A program made the position numbers and the translations under genes. A stretch of 32,000 bases of DNA, from contig NC_008340.1 in the NCBI RefSeq assembly GCF_000014785.1, positions 420,001-452,000 on the forward strand, read 5' to 3'. The notes beneath the pieces were generated by a model, which did not search any database, was not told the DNA's origin, and saw only the letters and a program-made list of their open reading frames with translations. Below are positions 29,254 to 32,000 of the stretch, piece by piece (position 1 is the stretch's first letter; each line of letters opens with the position of its first letter). Origin of the DNA: Alkalilimnicola ehrlichii MLHE-1. GTDB taxonomy: Bacteria; Pseudomonadota; Gammaproteobacteria; Nitrococcales; Halorhodospiraceae.

Positions 29254-30270
29254 GTGCAGATCAAACCCCACGACATCGCCCGCCACCTCGAGCGCGACCT
29301 GCTGCCCGCCTACCTGGTGGCCGGCGATGAGCCGCTGCTCATCCAGGAGAGTGTGGACGCCATCCGCGCCACGGCCCGGGCGCAGGGCTACGACGAGCGC
29401 GAGGTGCTGGAGGTGGAGCCCGGCTTCGAGTGGGAGCGGCTGCACCACGCTGCCGGCAACCTCTCGTTGTTCTCCGAGCGGCGGCTGATCGAACTGCGCC
29501 TGCCCGACGGCAAGCCCGGCAGCCAGGGCGCCAAGGCCATCCAGGGCTACTGCCGGCAGGCGCCGCCCGACACCCTGCTGCTGGTGATCAGCGGCCGGTT
29601 GCCCGGAAAGACGCGGCAGAGCGCCTGGGTGAAGGCCCTGGAGGGGTTGGGGGCGATGGTGTACTGCTGGCCCGTGGGCGGGCATGAGTTCCCCGGCTGG
29701 CTGCGCCGGCGGCTTCAGGCCCACGGCCTGCAGCCCAGTGACGACGCCGTGGACCTTCTGGTGGCGCGCTCCGAGGGCAATCTGCTGGCCGCCAACCAGG
29801 AGATCGAAAAGCTGGCCCTGCTGCACGGCAGCGGTCCGTTGGATGGCGATACCGCCGCCGCTGCGGTGGCGGACAGCGCCCGCTATGAGCTCAACGACCT
29901 GGGTGACGCCATGCTGGCGGGCGAGCGCGGCCGCGCTTACCACGTGCTGCAGGGCTTGCGCGAGGAGGGCACGGCGGCCCCGCTGGTCCTCTGGGCCCTG
30001 GCCCGGGACCTGCGGGCGGTGGCCGACCTGCGCTGCAAGCGCCCGCCGCGACCGGAGTGGGAGCGCTTCCTGCGGGCCCACGGTGTCTTCAAACCGCGGG
30101 TGCCGCGGGTGGTGGGCGCCGCCCGGCGGGGCCGGCGCGAGGACTGGCTGCACCTGCTGGCCCGCTGTGCCGGCGTGGACCGCACCGTCAAGGGGGTCGG
30201 CGAGGGCCGGCCCTGGGATGAACTGGCCCGGCTGGTGGACGCCGCCGCCCGCCTGGCCGCGGCGGGATGA
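29254..30270 (+). CDS. holA: DNA polymerase III delta subunit
   Basis: AYLVAGDEPLLIQESVDAIR..., SLFSERRLIELRLPDGKPG, position after lptE. Confidence 0.93.
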   Translation: MQIKPHDIARHLERDLLPAYLVAGDEPLLIQESVDAIRATARAQGYDEREVLEVEPGFEWERLHHAAGNLSLFSERRLIELRLPDGKPGSQGAKAIQGYCRQAPPDTLLLVISGRLPGKTRQSAWVKALEGLGAMVYCWPVGGHEFPGWLRRRLQAHGLQPSDDAVDLLVARSEGNLLAANQEIEKLALLHGSGPLDGDTAAAAVADSARYELNDLGDAMLAGERGRAYHVLQGLREEGTAAPLVLWALARDLRAVADLRCKRPPRPEWERFLRAHGVFKPRVPRVVGAARRGRREDWLHLLARCAGVDRTVKGVGEGRPWDELARLVDAAARLAAAG

Positions 30271-30343
30271 GTCTGGCCCGCACAGCATATAAACTACCCG
30301 GTAGGTACCGTCACCCCAAGCCAACAGGACGAACCTCAGCCTC

Positions 30344-31606
30344 ATGACCGAAGACATCCGTGCTTACATGCAGACCCTGGGCCGGCAGGCCCGCGAGGCC
30401 GCTCGCGAGATGGCTCGTGCCGACACCGGCCACAAGAACGCCGCGCTCCATGCCATGGCGGACGCCCTGGAGGAGCACGCCGGTGATCTCAAGCGCGCCA
30501 ACGCCGACGACCTGGAGAACGGCCGCGCCAACAACCTGGACCCGGCCCTGCTGGACCGCCTGGAGTTGAACGATGAGCGCATCCACGGCATGGCCGAGGG
30601 GCTGCGCCAGATCGCCGCGTTGCCTGATCCGGTGGGGGCCATCCGTGATCTGGCCTTCCGCCCCTCCGGCATTCAGGTGGGCCGGATGCGGGTGCCGCTG
30701 GGGGTCATCGGCATTATCTACGAATCGCGCCCCAATGTGACCGCCGACGCCGCCGCCCTCTGCCTGAAGAGCGGCAATGCCGCGATCCTGCGCGGCGGTT
30801 CCGAGGCCCGCCACTCCAACGCCGCCATCGCCGCCTGCGTGCGCGCCGGGCTGAAGCGCGCCGGGCTGCCCGGAGAGGCCGTGCAGGTGGTGGAGACCAC
30901 CGACCGGGCCGCCGTCGGCGAGCTGATCCGCATGGACGAGTACGTGGACGTGCTGGTGCCGCGCGGGGGCAAGGGCCTGATTGAGCGGATCACCGCCGAG
31001 GCCACCGTACCGGTGATCAAGCACCTGGACGGGATCTGCCACGTCTACATCGACGACTCCGCCGACCCGGCGAAGGCCATCAGCGTGGCCTACAACGCCA
31101 AGACCCAGCGGCTGGGGACCTGCAACACCATGGAGACCCTGCTGGTGGCCGAGGCCATCGCCGAGCGGGTGCTGCCCGAATTGGCCCGCCGCTACCGCGA
31201 GTCGGAGGTGGAGCTGCGCGGCTGTGAGGCCACCCGCCGGCTGATCCCGGATGCGGTGCCGGCCACCAAGGAGGACTGGTCCACCGAGTACCTGGACGCC
31301 ATCGTCTCCATCCGCATCGTGCCCGGCCTCGATGAGGCCATCGAGCATATCGCCCGGCACAGCTCCGGCCACACCGAGAGCATCCTCACCGAGGACTGGT
31401 CCCGGGCCCGGCGGTTCCTGCGCGAGGTGGACTCCAGCTCGGTGATGGTCAACGCCTCCACCCGTTTCGCCGATGGCTTCGAGTACGGCCTGGGGGCGGA
31501 GATCGGGATCAGCACCGACAAGCTGCACGCCCGCGGCCCGGTCGGTCTTGAGGGGCTGACCACCGAGAAGTTCATCGTGCTCGGCGACGGCCACATCCGC
31601 GAATAG
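30344..31606 (+). CDS. proA: Gamma-glutamyl phosphate reductase
   Basis: [85 protein letters not shown]. Confidence 0.96.
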   Translation: MTEDIRAYMQTLGRQAREAAREMARADTGHKNAALHAMADALEEHAGDLKRANADDLENGRANNLDPALLDRLELNDERIHGMAEGLRQIAALPDPVGAIRDLAFRPSGIQVGRMRVPLGVIGIIYESRPNVTADAAALCLKSGNAAILRGGSEARHSNAAIAACVRAGLKRAGLPGEAVQVVETTDRAAVGELIRMDEYVDVLVPRGGKGLIERITAEATVPVIKHLDGICHVYIDDSADPAKAISVAYNAKTQRLGTCNTMETLLVAEAIAERVLPELARRYRESEVELRGCEATRRLIPDAVPATKEDWSTEYLDAIVSIRIVPGLDEAIEHIARHSSGHTESILTEDWSRARRFLREVDSSSVMVNASTRFADGFEYGLGAEIGISTDKLHARGPVGLEGLTTEKFIVLGDGHIRE

Positions 31607-31613
31607 CGCTATC

Positions 31614-32000
31614 GTGACCGAGCCCCGAGCACTGACCGGCCGCACCCCGCTGGGCCTGTTTGGCGGTACCTTCGACCCGGTGCACTACGGCCACCTGCGC
31701 CCGGCGCTGGAGGCCCAGCAGGCGCTGGGCCTGGCCAGCGTCCGCCTGCTGCCCTGCCGGCTTCCGCCCCACCGCGCCCGGCCCGGCCGCGATGCCGGCC
31801 AGCGGCTGGATCTGCTGCGGTTGGGCGCCCGCGAGGTGCCGGGCTTCCGGGTGGACGATCGCGAGCTGCACCGCTCCGGCCCCTCCTACACGGTGGACAC
31901 CCTGCGCCACCTGCGCCAGGAGCAGGGTTCGGCGCGGCCGTTGGTGCTCCTGATGGGGGCGGACAGCCTGGCCGGGCTGGGGCGCTGGCACCGCTGGCGG
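31614..32000 (+). CDS. nadD: Nicotinate-nucleotide adenylyltransferase, N-terminal part (truncated by window end)
   Basis: GTG start; GLFGGTFDPVHYGHLRPALEAQQALGL, LMGADSLAGLGRWHRW. Confidence 0.92.
   Translation, partial: MTEPRALTGRTPLGLFGGTFDPVHYGHLRPALEAQQALGLASVRLLPCRLPPHRARPGRDAGQRLDLLRLGAREVPGFRVDDRELHRSGPSYTVDTLRHLRQEQGSARPLVLLMGADSLAGLGRWHRWR

Overview
High-GC gammaproteobacterial chromosomal segment (probably Ectothiorhodospiraceae-like; taxonomy is inferred). Conserved core genes flank a roughly 10.5 kb accessory insertion between thiL and pgpA. Left block: nrdR(3' end)-ribD-ribE-ribBA-ribH-nusB-thiL. Right block: pgpA, an ATM1/ABCB-type ABC transporter, ectD(-), miaB, phoH(ybeZ), ybeY, corC(ybeX), lnt, a zinc-ribbon DUF1451-like protein(-), leuS, lptE, holA, proA, nadD(5' part). 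The accessory insertion (about 5.2-15.7 kb) is a chromosomal integron. A divergent integron integrase gene has a LexA-like box upstream and is fused in frame to an IS66 TnpC remnant, so it has lost the catalytic C-terminus. An attI-like junction at 8829/8830 follows. Downstream are six cassettes, five of them with recognisable attC sites. At each of those five, the cassette's 5' TTRRRY-type core is exactly complementary to the R'' core of its own attC. The third cassette (9780-11291) carries two genes, a SMODS/CD-NTase nucleotidyltransferase and a SLATT two-TM protein, i.e. a minimal cyclic-nucleotide (CBASS-like) defence system in a single mobile cassette. Other cassettes encode a DUF3800 protein, small membrane proteins, an unknown 91-aa protein and a DUF6998-like protein. 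The last gene is interrupted by a complete IS1634-family element, with 13-bp terminal inverted repeats and a 6-bp target duplication (AGGTCT), so the pre-insertion gene can be reconstructed.
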